This document shows, one piece after another, positions 1 through 12,293 of a stretch of DNA of 64,000 bases (its first letter is position 1; the number at the start of each line of letters is the position of its first letter). The stretch covers positions 15,430,373 to 15,494,372 of the forward strand of contig MU053881.1 of assembly GCA_013239625.1 (NCBI GenBank), read 5' to 3'. Below the pieces are notes generated by a model. The model did no database searches. It had not been told where the DNA came from and saw nothing but the letters and a program-made list of their open reading frames with translations. The position numbers and the translations under genes are program-made. Origin of the DNA: Lama guanicoe. Lineage: Eukaryota.

Positions 1-966
1 CTGCAAAGCCCAAGCCAGCACCACAATGCCTCTGTACCCCGCCATTCTGCCCCATGCTGTTGGACTCTAGCCTGATCCTCTTTGGGCCTCGGTGTCCCTC
101 TGGCACAAGACCATACAGGCCATTGGGTGAGGCAAGGTGCCTCCCAGGGCTTTGGCCTTCAACGGGTGACTGCCTCTGAGTAAGTGGTTCAACTAACCCG
201 CATTTTGCCTTGGTTTCCCCATCTGTACACAGGGCCTCCCCAGGATGCTGTGAGGGTTAGAGCAGATTACACTGTGTGCTCAACACTCATCAGCCTCCTC
301 CCCACAACCTGAGCCTCAGTGTCCCTGGTTGGAACCCACACACCCTGCCCAGCATACAATAATTTCAGCATATGCTCAGCACCCTCAGTTCTCCACTCTG
401 GGCACAGTCTTTGGAAGTTGGGATGGCCAAGGGCCTCCTTGGGAGGGATGTAGGGGCCTCACATGCCTCTGTGCTGCATGGCCTCGACTGAATATCCCAC
501 CTTCTTTGGGCTTTTTGGCTCCCTTCATCTTGGAAACTGGAAAATCAGGGTAACAAAGGGGGTTCCTCAGGGGAATCTGTCTGCAAATCAGAAAATGAAG
601 CTAAATTGAGCCTCTGAATCCTACGGAACACTCTCCATTATCTTCGAAATGAATCCCACGAAGTCCTTGAGGTCCTGTTGCTTGTTCCCTGAACCTGCCA
701 TTACATTCCCACCTTCTGGCCTTTGTGCCTGCTGCTTGGAGCCCTTCACCCCCAGCTCTCCTGAGAGACTCCTGCCTCATAGCCTCTGTCATCACCTAAT
801 CACACTGTCACTTCTTGAACCAGCAGCCCCATGAGGGCAGGGCCAGGCCTTGTGTCCACCACCGTGTGCCTAGTTGCACCCAGCCTTTGACAGCAGTGTA
901 ATCGACCCTTGTCGACTGACCAAATGTCCTTATTCCTCCTCTCCTGGAAGATGCACCATTGCCTCA

Positions 967-1784
<818 letters not shown>

Positions 1785-3582
1785 CTAGGGGGAGAGGGGC
1801 AGGGCAGCATTAGCTAGTTTGGACTCCTGTCACCTCTACCTGAGAGAACCTGGCCAAATCCCAGGTTCAAATCCCTGGACTCACTAGGTAAACTTGGGCC
1901 AGTTCCTGTCCCTCTCTGGGCCCCAGTTTCCCCAGCTGTAAAATGGGTGCAATAACAGCACTCCTTTGAGGTTGTTGGGAGCAGAGCTCCCAAGAACCTA
2001 CCTCAGGCATACTGCATGCTCAGGAAACAAGCTCTTCATTGCCCCTGCGGGAAACTAAGGCTCTGAGCAGGGAGGTATTTGTTGGACCACTTCCTTGTTA
2101 GGAAGTCAGGACTCAAAAACTCAGATCTGACCAACTTTACAAAGCCCAGGGCGGATGAGAGGATGCAGCAGGCACGTGGCCAGATAGTCATACCGAGGGG
2201 AGGTAGTGCGTGATGGGGGATGCTCAGGGTGCTGTGGGAGCCCTGGAGAGACATCAGGCCAGGTGAGCGTAGAAGGAGGCAGCAGGGGCCAAACAGTGTG
2301 GGAGAGGAGGTCCAGGCAGAGACCCCAGCACAAGCAAAGGCCTAGAGGTGAGTCCAAAGAAATGGATCTCTGATCTCTGCAGGGAAGGAGGGAATGGAGC
2401 AATAGTGTCCAGGGCTCAGCTTGGGGTCAAGAGTAGGTACTCAAAAATGAAAGGAGTTGGTAGGAGGCCAAGAAGACCTTAGCCCCAGGGTAGACATGGA
2501 GCCAGGAAAGGGTAGATGGGAGGAGGTCATTGCAGCTGCTAAGGCGGAGGCTGCCAGATTCAAAGCAATGATCACCCCCTAAGAGTCCCCAGTCTCAGGG
2601 AGACACAGCCCAGCACAGACACATTTCCAATCTCAGCCCTGTAAGTTCAGTTCTTCTGAGAGGTTTTGGGGTGGGGGGATGGTGCTTTTCTAGAGGGCGG
2701 GTCCTCACAGAGGACGGGAGTGGGCACTGGCCAGAGGGAAAATAGTACATGCAAAGGCTTGACAGCAAGAAATGCTTGCCAAGAGTTCCAGGTAGCTTTA
2801 AGGAAGCCGAAGCCCATGCTGGGCCTCGAGTGCCAGGCAGAGGCTCAGGCTTTATCTCCGACCACGGGAAGCCACTAGAGGTGTCCAAACCAGAGCAGAA
2901 GCTCCACATTCCAGGGCGCTGCAACTCACCCGCTCCCTGGCCCCCATACCCTTACTCCACAGGTGGGGAAACTGAGGCCCAGTGAAGGGACGTCCAGGAA
3001 ACTGCCTGAATCCGCTTGCCTGCCCGCCTCCGCATCCCGGCGTGCACACGTCTGCACACGCCCCGGTGTGCGCGCCGGGGAGCCAGCGCTCCCCGAATCC
3101 AAGAGGCTGCGTGGAAGGGCCAGGCCTGGCTGGGGGCTCAGTGGCTGGACGCAGGGCCTGCGCGCTCACGCGTGTGCAGACGCGCACTCGGGCCTGCGTG
3201 AATCCCTAGCCCATCCAAGGGGACGGAAGTAGAGTCGACCCTTTACTGTCTTGCACCCCACTATGCCCCACACAATGCCTGGGCGCCCCTCATTACTGCT
3301 CGATGCCCCACTCCTGGCAGGGCCTCCCTCAATTCAGGGCCGCGGCTCCAACCCCTTATTTCTGCCTAGGGTCCCCCGTTCCGCCACCATCGTCCGGGAC
3401 AGATTGCACCGCAGCCAGGTCGAGCCCGAGGCCTCCTGCTCCCTGCGGCCCCCCTTTCCCGCGGGGCCCGATGCAGCCCGGCTCGCATTCTGGCTTCCAC
3501 CGTGGCCCCACACTTTGCCTGGGAGCCCCGCATTTGAGTGCATCCCCAGCCCCGCCTGCCACGCGGACCAGCCCGGACTTAC

Positions 3583-3700
3583 CTGGTCGAGGCCACCGTC
3601 ACGCCGAGCGGAGCCCGACCCGTGGCTATACCACGGACGCCGTCGCCGCAGCCGCGGGATCCCCGCCTCCGCCGCCGCTGCCGCGGTCCCGAACGGTCGG
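3583..3700 (-). other. PIK3R2: PIK3R2 non-coding exon 1 (5' end approximate)
   Basis: Consensus CAG|GTAAGT donor at 3583/3582 inside a CpG island; GC box just upstream. Confidence 0.75.
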
Positions 3701-3903
3701 GCCCGCCCCCGGCGGAAACTGCCGAGCGTACTCGGGCCGACGGGTGAAGCGAGGCCGAGGCGGAGCCTGGGGACAACCGAGTGTTTCCGGAAAGAACCGA
3801 ATATACTCCCGCGGGACTGGAGGGTAAAGGGGGACGGTGCCCCGAGATAGTCGATCATTTCCGGAAACAGCCGAGCGCAATGGGGTCAGATGAGTGATCT
3901 CGA

Positions 3904-3981
3904 GGCTGGGCTCGGCTAGACTCGGCTGGGCTCGGCTAGGCTCGGCTAGGCTCGGCTAGGCTCGGCTAGGCTCGGCTGGGC
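3904..3981. repeat. 10-bp minisatellite (CTCGGCTRGG) x~8
   Basis: Directly visible tandem units. Confidence 0.95.
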
Positions 3982-4613
3982 AGAGATGTCCGAGAGGTTC
4001 CGGAAATGGCCGAGCGCGTTCCAGCCGGACTAGCAGAACAGAGGCTGGGCCCTGAGACTTTGTGATAGAACCAAGTGTGGTTGGTCCCAAATGAGACCCT
4101 GGGAACTTAGATCCAGAGGCGACCACTAACTTCCGGAAACTGCCGAAGCACGGACGGCTCCAGAGGGCGGGTGAGCGGCCCCGAACTCAAGGAATTGAAG
4201 GCGGCGGAGTTGTGGGGAATGGGCTCGCCACAGACAGATGAGCTTTTCAGGAAACAAACTGAAGGCCGAGAAGGAGCCGGGGTTGAAAGCCGGGGTTTCT
4301 ATGGTAGCCCAGATCATCTGGAAACAGCTGAACTCGGGCCGGCAGGGAGTAATAGCGCTGGCCCAGATGCAGACGACTGTTTCCGGAAATGACCGAAGAC
4401 ACTCGGAAACAGGGGGTGTGGCCAAAGGGTTCCGACCCTGTGGAGCGCTCCGGAAGTAACCGAATGCGCTCAGGCTACGCTGGGTTCAGAAGCGGGTGGG
4501 GGGAATTTTAGGGCACAGGACAAGAAAAGACCAGTGTAAGACGTACATAAAGTAAAAAAATTAAAATACTTTCTAATGTTTAAAAAAATTTAAGAGGACA
4601 GAAAGATGGCTTA

Positions 4614-4623
4614 TTTATTTATT
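4614..4623 (-). terminator. MAST3: Probable MAST3 polyadenylation signal (two overlapping AATAAA)
   Basis: tttatttatt on + reads AATAAATAAA on -, followed on - by a U-rich tract (4520-4590); another AATAAA at 4893-4898. Confidence 0.65.
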
Positions 4624-6417
4624 AACACAGCTTCAGGGCCCCAGATTGGTGTCTAGATGAAGCTTTTAGCCTGTGATGGGTATTCCCAGAGAGGGCAGGT
4701 GGAGGCCAGGACCGGAGAAGGCACCAGGAAAAATCTCAGTAGTGTACTTCCAGCAGCCTTCAAAACCCATCTCAGGTGACTTTGAGCCAAGGGTCTGTTT
4801 TCATCCTGCCCGCACCTCACTGACTGATCCCTTCCCCTTTTCTTGGCCCCTCACAAATCCAGACATTGGAACTTCTCTTTGACATGTGAGCTTTTATTCA
4901 CTGTCAGCTCCAGGATAGAAGGTGGGAGCAAGTCATGCACAGCCTTGGTCTAGCTCCAACACCAGGCAGTGCTGGACAGGTGTCTTCAGAAGGAATGCAG
5001 AGCAGGCTGCAGTGCCTGGAAAGTGCCCTCACCATGTGGGGCATGCTGATCTTGCTTGCCACCTCCAAATGGGAAATGGAGGCTCACAGATGCCCAGTGG
5101 GTCACACAGCCTTACAGGGGAGAGAGCTAGAGCTGGAGTCTGCTGTATCGGACATCAGATTCTCCATTCAAGCTCCCTTGATAACAATGCCCAGGACAGG
5201 GCCTGGCTGTGTGACTTTTACCAGGCAATCACAGGACAAGTCTCCACCCTTTGCTAGGCCTTAGTTATTTGTCTGTAAAACGGGGATGACAACACCACCT
5301 CTAGCCTTTTCAAAGCTGGCTGAGGGAGAAGCCACAAGTAAAAGTACTTGGCATACAGGTGCTTAATAAATAGTTACTGGTATTAGTTTTGTAAACACAA
5401 GGAAACTGAGGCACGGAGTAGGGAAGCCATGTTCCCAGAGCCAAACAGTGAAGCCAAGGTTCAAACTTGGCCCCCTAGTTGGATTTTTCTCACTTGAATT
5501 TCATCCTAGCAAGGCTCTGGCACATGGAGGGAATCCCCAGGGGGTGTTTTCAGACACATCATGGGTAAGGGCTCACCCGGGTGTGTATCAAACACACAAA
5601 AAATCTTGTCCAGGGTGGCAATTTACCCTGGTGGCACCTTTGAGGCCTCTGCCTCCAGGGCATCAAAGTCTGCCTGTGAAGAGGGCAACCCCTCTGTCTA
5701 GATCTGGTGAACTTCTATTCATACATCAAAGCCCCAGTTCCCACACATCCCAAGCCTATAGGACTGGAGGCAGACACTAGCAAGGCTGGCCTACATAGAG
5801 GCTATGATGTGGAAAGTAGCCTTCAGAATGCAGTCCATCATCAGGATTACTTCGTTTTGTGGTGGAGGGTATTGTTTATGGACCCTCCAATCCAAACTGG
5901 GCCTGGACAGGTAAGCTTGGCTGTGTCCCTTTGAATCTGTGGGTCTGGAGTCAGGGAATGGGATCAAGTAACACAAAGAGACTTTAAAAGTACAGAAAAA
6001 CCAGAAAACATGAACACACGTGATTTTCCAAAGTGCTTCCTTCTCAGCCCAGGGGGCAGGGTCTGCAAATGGGTCCCAGGTACATGGGGCAGGGTACCTG
6101 GTACCTGGGCAGCCGCCTCAACAGTGGCAGCTCACTCTGGCTATCGCTTATAAAAAGTAATAAATTAGTTGCAGGGATTTGCTGCTATTTACAACGCCAC
6201 CCTAGTCTCCCACTCCTGCCCCTATGGCTCCCTGACTGATCGGCTCCAGAACACGAGGGAGGCACTGTCTACACCTTCTGGTAAGAACCTCCATGGCTTC
6301 TCATCTTCCAGGTGTCATAGGCTGTTGGCTCAGTCTCTATCCAGGTGTCAATTTATGGAAAAAACATTCTGCAAAAATGCTTGACTTCCAGGCCAGGGAG
6401 AGGCCACATAGGAGGGG

Positions 6418-6950
6418 TTAGTCTTTCCCAGCGGGTCCAAGGGCTCCTGGCATGGCCTCAGCACCCTCCACAGCGATCTGAGGCACCAAAGGGGGTGACC
6501 CAGTGGCCTCCTCAGGTGGCTCATCAAAGCTCACCTCCTGCACGGCCTCCTGCTTCTTGAAGGAGTCTCGGCGCTCAGATAGATGCAGCCGCCGCATGAC
6601 CACCAGCTCGGAGTCCGGCCCACGGCTACGGCGCCCCAGCTCCCCGTCCAGCCTCTCACTTGTACCCAGCTTGTCAGCCGACTGGCCCCGGCGCAACCTC
6701 GGGGACCGGGCAGGTGCAGGTGGGTGCCCTGGCAGAGGCGAGGGTGAGCGGGGTGGGGGTGCAGGCACAGGCGGGCAGGCCAGTGGGGAGGGCGGGATGC
6801 TGCTGGTGGACTTGCGGCGACCAGTTTTGGGGCGAGGTGGTCCAAGCTTGGCGGCCAAGCCATGCAGGGAGCTGGGGCGGGTGTGGCCAGCGGCAGCCGG
6901 AGATGCAGGGCTGCTGGAGCTTGGGGATGCACTGGGTGGGGACGCCGTGT
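6418..6950 (-). CDS. MAST3: MAST3 exon 27 (last coding exon)
   Basis: DTASPPSASPSSSSP...RRDSFKKQEAVQEVSFDE...AGKD*; CAG acceptor; TAA at 6420-6418. Confidence 0.93.
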
Positions 6951-7995
6951 CTGTGGGGTGACAGGTGAGGGTCAGGGCCACCAGCCTCAATGTCCCAGCC
7001 TTGAGAAGGGGCCCTGGGACTGACTGCCAAAGCCCACATTGTTCCCTGTGGCCACCCATCATTCCTGGTTTTCCCTTTGTTTGCACAGGTTGTTCCTTTG
7101 GCTTAGATCTGGTGACCTCCTACTCATTCATCAAAGCCCTAGCTCCTATTCACCCATTTTTCACCTAATGACCCACCAAATCATTGGGCCAAAGGTACCC
7201 ATCCACCAACCGTCCATCCACCAGTGAGCTGTCCACCCACTGGTTCTAGAAGTTATCCAACAAGGGCCCTGCCTCTGCCTGTGCCCACTCCCCACCCCTA
7301 CGCCTCAGCCCCAGAGGACTCCTGGTCTGAGGAAGGCAAAGATGGCATAGATGTTCCCAGCCCCGTGAGGTCAGGGTAGGCCAGAGGAAGAGACAGCAGT
7401 TGGGGTCCCCAGGAGGCAGGGAGGGCTTCCTGGACAAGTAGCTCTGTGGCTGTCCGTCAGGAGGCCTTCCCTGTCTGTCCTCTGGATTGTTCCAGCCTGT
7501 TCCTCTCTCTAGCCTATTGCTAACCCAGTGAGGCTAGAGGTGTCTATCTCTGGCTGTCTCTCACAGAAACTAAGGGTCCTCAGGGTTGGGCCAAGTCATC
7601 ATCCTTTCCTGATCCAGAATAATCTTTCCATGCCCTCTCTGGCTCACACACTCTTGATGGCTCCCTACTGACCCCCAATTTAAGCCCAGCTCTTTGGCTT
7701 GCTCCGTCCCCCATCCTCCCTCCCTAGCTTCTCCCTGGCTTTTACATCTCTCCTGTCTAGATCCCCTCTGCTCACGATATTACTTCTGCTGGGCACACCC
7801 TTCCCTGCCCTCAACTTGAATCTGACCACCCTAGGCTGCCTCTTAGACTCAAGGCAACTGGAAAGGCCCTTCTGGCCGCCTTGTGTCATACATCACATCA
7901 CTCCATCCTCCCAACTCTGCTCGCTCCCTCCCTGGGCTGACCACTGCAGGCCTGAGCAGCCCTTCTTCCCAGGGTAGCCCTGGGGATGCACCCAC

Positions 7996-8177
7996 CTGCT
8001 GGGGCATCAGGAGCCGGACTGCGGCAGGGCGTGGTGGGGCTGGGAGAGAGGCTGTGGGTGGGTGAGCCCGGGAGGCTCTCGCTAGACGACAGGGAGTGGT
8101 GGAGGCCGGAGGAGAAGCTGCGGCTGGTGTGTAGCACAGATGACTGTTTTGAGATCTTTTTGAAGAGGGACTTCCGC
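7996..8177 (-). CDS. MAST3: MAST3 exon 26
   Basis: [43 protein letters not shown] boundaries. Confidence 0.93.
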
Positions 8178-8289
8178 CTAGGGGTTAGAAAGCCAGATGC
8201 TTCAGCACCCCTGCCCCTAGCAGCCCTGGTCACCTAAGTACACCACGGGTCCTCCCTCAAGCCTCTCTGGCAGCTAGCCCACCACTCAC

Positions 8290-8426
8290 CGGTCCTGCGT
8301 CTCCCGCCTTCGGCTCCGCTTGCTCCTGCGCGCCATGCGGCCCTTGGTCACATTCTTCCGTGCAGGGCCCACCTTGATGGAGGTGTTCTCCAGGGCTGTG
8401 GTCCGAAGGGCGATCTTGTTGCCACT
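8290..8426 (-). CDS. MAST3: MAST3 exon 25
   Basis: SGNKIALRTTALENTSIKVGPARK...RRRETQDR. Confidence 0.93.
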
Positions 8427-9074
8427 CTGCAAGTGGGATGGCAAAGGGTTGCCTGTGTGCCTCCCATCCAATAAGCCATCCACCCACCCCTGTTCCCATC
8501 TACTAATCCGTCAAAGCCCCAGATCCTATCCACGCACTTTTTACCTCATGACCCCACCAAGCATTGGGCCAAAGATGCATGTCCACCATCTGTCCATACA
8601 TCCAGGGAGCCATCACCCACCCACTGGTCCTAGGAGCTAGCCAACCTGGGGCCTGCCTCCTCACTGGTGCCCACCTCCCCTCTTCTAGACCTCAGCCTTC
8701 GGGGACCCTCGGTGTGAGAAAAGCCAAGATGTCCTGGATACCCCTAGCCCACAGGGTCAGGGTTGGCCAGAGGGAGGGCCAGAAGCAGGCACCCAAGGGG
8801 CAGGAAGGGCTTCCTGGAGGAGTGGCTCTGAGAGGTAATGTCAGAGGGCTAAAGAAGGAAGCAGAAGGGAGGGCGCATGCAAAGCCTGGAGCTGGGACCG
8901 AAAGTGGAGTGTGTGGTTGGAGGGCAGAACCATGCAGAATCAGGAGCTGAGGTCAATGGGTGGGGATGGCAGGTCACAGGAGCAGCCCAAAGGGTAGGCA
9001 GTGAGGGGAGATCTGGGGACCCTGTGGACAGATGGGGTTGGAGGGTCTGGGAGCCCTGGGGGTGGGTGGGGGAG

Positions 9075-9091
9075 NNNNNNNNNNNNNNNNN
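9075..9091. other. Assembly gap (17 N) in a G-rich intron
   Basis: N run flanked by G tracts. Confidence 0.99.
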
Positions 9092-9118
9092 GGTGGGGGA
9101 GGGGGAGGGGGGCTGTAC

Positions 9119-9241
9119 CTTCAGCTGCAGCTCCACGACATCCATGTGCACCAGCCCCAGGACCGACTCCCCATTGATGTGGGTGATGAGGTCCCCAGCT
9201 CGCAGGCCCGCTTCCTGGGCGGGGCTTCCCTCCTCCACGCT
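9119..9241 (-). CDS. MAST3: MAST3 exon 24 (PDZ, C-terminal half)
   Basis: [41 protein letters not shown]. Confidence 0.94.
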
Positions 9242-9666
9242 CTAGGGGTGGGAGTTGGGGTAGATGGCAGGGATTAGTGGCCTAAACCCCATAGCCAGAG
9301 ACCCCACCCAGCCTGGCTGAGTCAGCTATGGGACCCCAGCAAGCTGCTGCCTGTCACACTGCCTAGCATCCCAGATCCTGAGGGCTGTTTAGAGAGTGAC
9401 CCACAGGGATGGGACAGGCCCTGGGCTGAGGGACGAAGGACAGCACACCCACTGTGTAGGAGCTTCCTGCCCCCTTGGGGTCTCCATCCCTCTTGCCTAA
9501 TCCCCTCCCTGTAACTGAAAGGGACCACAAAGACCCAGGTGGCACCAGTCCCTGCTCTGGGCCCCCAAACCTCATGGGCTTACTTTCCAAGACTGCATTC
9601 CAAGATGCAGCTCTGAAAGGGCTCTGCCAAGTCCAGCTGTTCCTGCCCATCCTGAGGCCAACTCAC

Positions 9667-9893
9667 CCACACGACGTGGTGCACAGCGTAGACGTCACTG
9701 TCACCCATGTAGACACGGATTGCCCGCAGGCTGAAGCCGTACTTCTTGCCTGAGCTGTGGATGACAATGGGGGGCCGCAGGCTGCCACACACAGGGGAAG
9801 GGTCTCTGCTTGGAGAGGAGTCTCGGGACGATGGGTTCGAGGACAGTGAGCGTGGGGACAGGGGGCTCATGAGGGGGCCGCCGCTGCCGTCAT
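9667..9893 (-). CDS. MAST3: MAST3 exon 23 (PDZ, N-terminal half)
   Basis: [22 protein letters not shown]...[35 protein letters not shown]. Confidence 0.94.
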
Positions 9894-10226
9894 CTGTAGG
9901 GACGAGGTTCAGGAGGGGTCACTCCCTTATCGGGCCCCTCAGAAGGCAGCTTCTCCTCCCCCCACACTGATCCTTCTGGCTGCTCTGTTACTGCTCTAAT
10001 GCCCCAAACACAGTCCCACTGCCTCTGGGCCTTTGCACATGCAGTGCCCACTGTGGGAATGCCAGTCCCCCAGCTGCTTCCCTTCTCCTGGGGCTCAGCC
10101 CCAAACAACAGCCCCCACATCACCTGGAGGGATGCCCTCCAGCTCCTGCTGGCCAAAACAGACCCCGCCCCATGGTTAAAATGGATGTGGACAGACAAGC
10201 AAAGACAGGCTGGCCGTAGGCATTAC

Positions 10227-10433
10227 CGGCCGTGATGATGAGTGACAGTGCGGACACCGAGGCTGACTTGGGCACGCGGCCCCCACTGGGGGAGGCCCTG
10301 GATTTCTCAGGGGCTGAGTCTCTTGGGCCCCCTGGGCGGCGGCCCCGGCCGGCATCCAGGGCCCGCGGCGTGGAGTGTCGTGCACCAGTGCTGTTACTTC
10401 GTAGTCGCGCGTGGCTGAGGGCAGCTGTGTCAG
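10227..10433 (-). CDS. MAST3: MAST3 exon 22
   Basis: ADTAALSHARLRSNSTGARHSTPR...VPKSASVSALSLIITA; phase 1-1. Confidence 0.9.
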
Positions 10434-10868
10434 CTAGGGGGTCAGCAGGGTCAGGGCGTCAGCCTGGCCCCCCTCATCTCACTGCTTGGCCCCTCTGCCC
10501 TCAGGAGGCAAAGCTCCTTCCTCCCCAGTCAGTGCATACACAGTGGCCTTTGTTCGGAGGGTTCCCTCTTCCTACACCCTTCTTGCACTCCCCTTCCTGG
10601 GAAGCTCCGCTCCTCAAATTCCATCCTCCAAGAAGCCTTCCCCTCACCCCAGTCAGACGCCTAACTCCCACTCTCTGAGCTCCCCAGTTCAATTCCTCTC
10701 TCCCCGCTAGCCAGGGCTTCCTGGGAGCCCAGCTGAAGCCTGAGGCATTTGTTAGACAAGTGAATGGTCTTTCTGGAGAACTACTCTTCCTTCAAGACCC
10801 ATCTCAAATAGCCCTTTCTGTGGGAAACTTGCCATGACATTACCCTGCCCACCCTGGACTCCACCTAC

Positions 10869-11113
10869 CAGAAAGGCTTGAGGGCTTTGGCACCACTGGG
10901 GTGGCTGCTGGGGGTGGGTCAGGCTCCCCTAGAATGAAGACGGGCCTTTTGGGGCCCACAGCAGTTGGGCCAGCTCCCTCGTCCTCTGACGAGAAGGCAA
11001 ACTTGGGCATTGTGTCCAGGCTGATGGTGCCCAGGAGAGATGGGCTAGGCCCTCGTTCAGGCTGGGAAGAGGATGAGTGGCAGGAGGAACCAGAGGACGT
11101 CCACGACCTTAGC
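10869..11113 (-). CDS. MAST3: MAST3 exon 21
   Basis: LRSWTSSGSS...SLDTMPKFAFSSEDE...PKPSSLS. Confidence 0.9.
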
Positions 11114-11663
11114 CTGCAGTAGGGAAGAACCTGAGTCACACTTGCCAGATGCCCTCACCCCAGGATACCCAGTCTTCTCTAGTGGCCACATCTTAACTCT
11201 CAGCCTAGAGTCAGAGGTAATTTGTAAACATAAGGTGAGTTCCCTCTCCCTGCTTAGTCCTCTGTGTCTGCCTGGAGACTCCTATTCATCTTTTAAAACC
11301 CAGTTTCCAACCCGCATTCTCTAGCAGACATTGATTATTTCTGCTGAGTCTGAACTTTGAAAGGTGAACGAGAGTTTGTTAGCAAAAGGTGTTCAGGGCA
11401 GAGGAAACCATGCAAGCAAAAGCCTAGCAGGGGGATGGTATGTGGATGCTTTATGTTTGGTGTGGTTAAGAATGCAAAGCCAAAGGGAGTGATGATAGGG
11501 GCCAGGCTGACAGGGGTCTGACAGGCTGGCCAATATGTTTGACCCTTTTCTACCGTGCCACTGGGAAACTCTTTCCAATGTTAGATTTTTTTTTTTTTTT
11601 CCTGTGGCTCCACCTCCTAGCAGTTTGGAAACTGGATCTGCTTATACTCCCCAGCCCACCTAC

Positions 11664-11800
11664 CGGACCTCGGTGCTCAGCCGGCGCCCATACTCCCCCT
11701 CGCTGCTGCGCTCCCACCCTTCCTCCCGGTCCTCACTGAAGCTCCGTTCAGCGAAGGTTGGAGTGGGCTGGGCGGCCAGGAACTCAGAGCTGCTGTAGAC
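11664..11800 (-). CDS. MAST3: MAST3 exon 20
   Basis: VYSSSEFLAAQPTPTFAERSFSEDREEGWERS. Confidence 0.92.
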
Positions 11801-11946
11801 CTGGGAAGCAATGAAAAAGAACAGTAACAACAACCGCACCCACGGGGGACAGCTTAGTTGAGTGCTTCCTGTATATCCAACACTTCCCTGAGTCACTTCC
11901 TTAAATCCTTACTCACCACATCTCTAAAGACAGAGAGCCTTTAAGA

Positions 11947-12098
11947 GGGGAGGGTATAGCTCAGTGGTAAGAGTGTGTGCTTAGCACGCAGGAGGTCCTG
12001 GGTTCAATCCCCAGTACCTCCATTAAATAAACAAACAAACAAATAAAAATGAACCTAATTCCCCACAAAAAAATTAATTAAAAAAAGAAATGAAAAAG
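11947..12098 (+). mobile_element. tRNA-derived SINE (camelid Vic-1-like)
   Basis: GGGGAGGGTATAGCTCAGTGG A-box, GGTTCAATCCC B-box, A-rich tail. Confidence 0.88.
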
Positions 12099-12293
12099 AC
12101 ATACAGTCTTTAGCCCACTGTACAGGTGAAGACACTGGGGCTCAGAGGTGCCTGGCTACCAAGTGGGTCACAAATGGCATTTCCTGCCTGGGGCCCAGGC
12201 CCACAAACAGTACAGGTTTTTTGACCAAATTATACACCAAGGGAAGGAACTTAAGTTACGCTAATGAGGCTAGAAGATAACACGCAGCATAGT

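Larger units (their letters stand above)
3000..4500. promoter_or_regulatory. CpG island / PIK3R2 promoter with clustered CCGGAA (ETS-type) motifs
   Basis: Dense CpG; TTCCGGAA at 3785, 3859, 3998, 4131 and 4381; CCGGAAGT at 4450. Confidence 0.85.

Noticed and set aside
3620..3636. CCGTGG-CTATA-CCACGG hairpin in PIK3R2 exon 1
   Set aside because: A 6-bp stem is expected by chance in GC-rich sequence and lacks the IRE CAGUG loop or another known motif
3251..3880. Overlapping ORFs of up to 199 aa on both strands
   Set aside because: CpG island with few stop codons; low-complexity Pro/Arg/Gly translations with no recognisable domain
3712..4465. Repeat-spacer look resembling a CRISPR array
   Set aside because: Repeats are only 13-16 bp and degenerate, spacing is irregular (about 70-250 bp), there are no cas genes, and the context is a mammalian promoter
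11947..12022. tRNA gene-like sequences (also near 15947, 18560, 52257, 56764 and 57500)
   Set aside because: They have A-rich tails, target-site duplications and divergent stems, so they are SINE heads rather than tRNA genes
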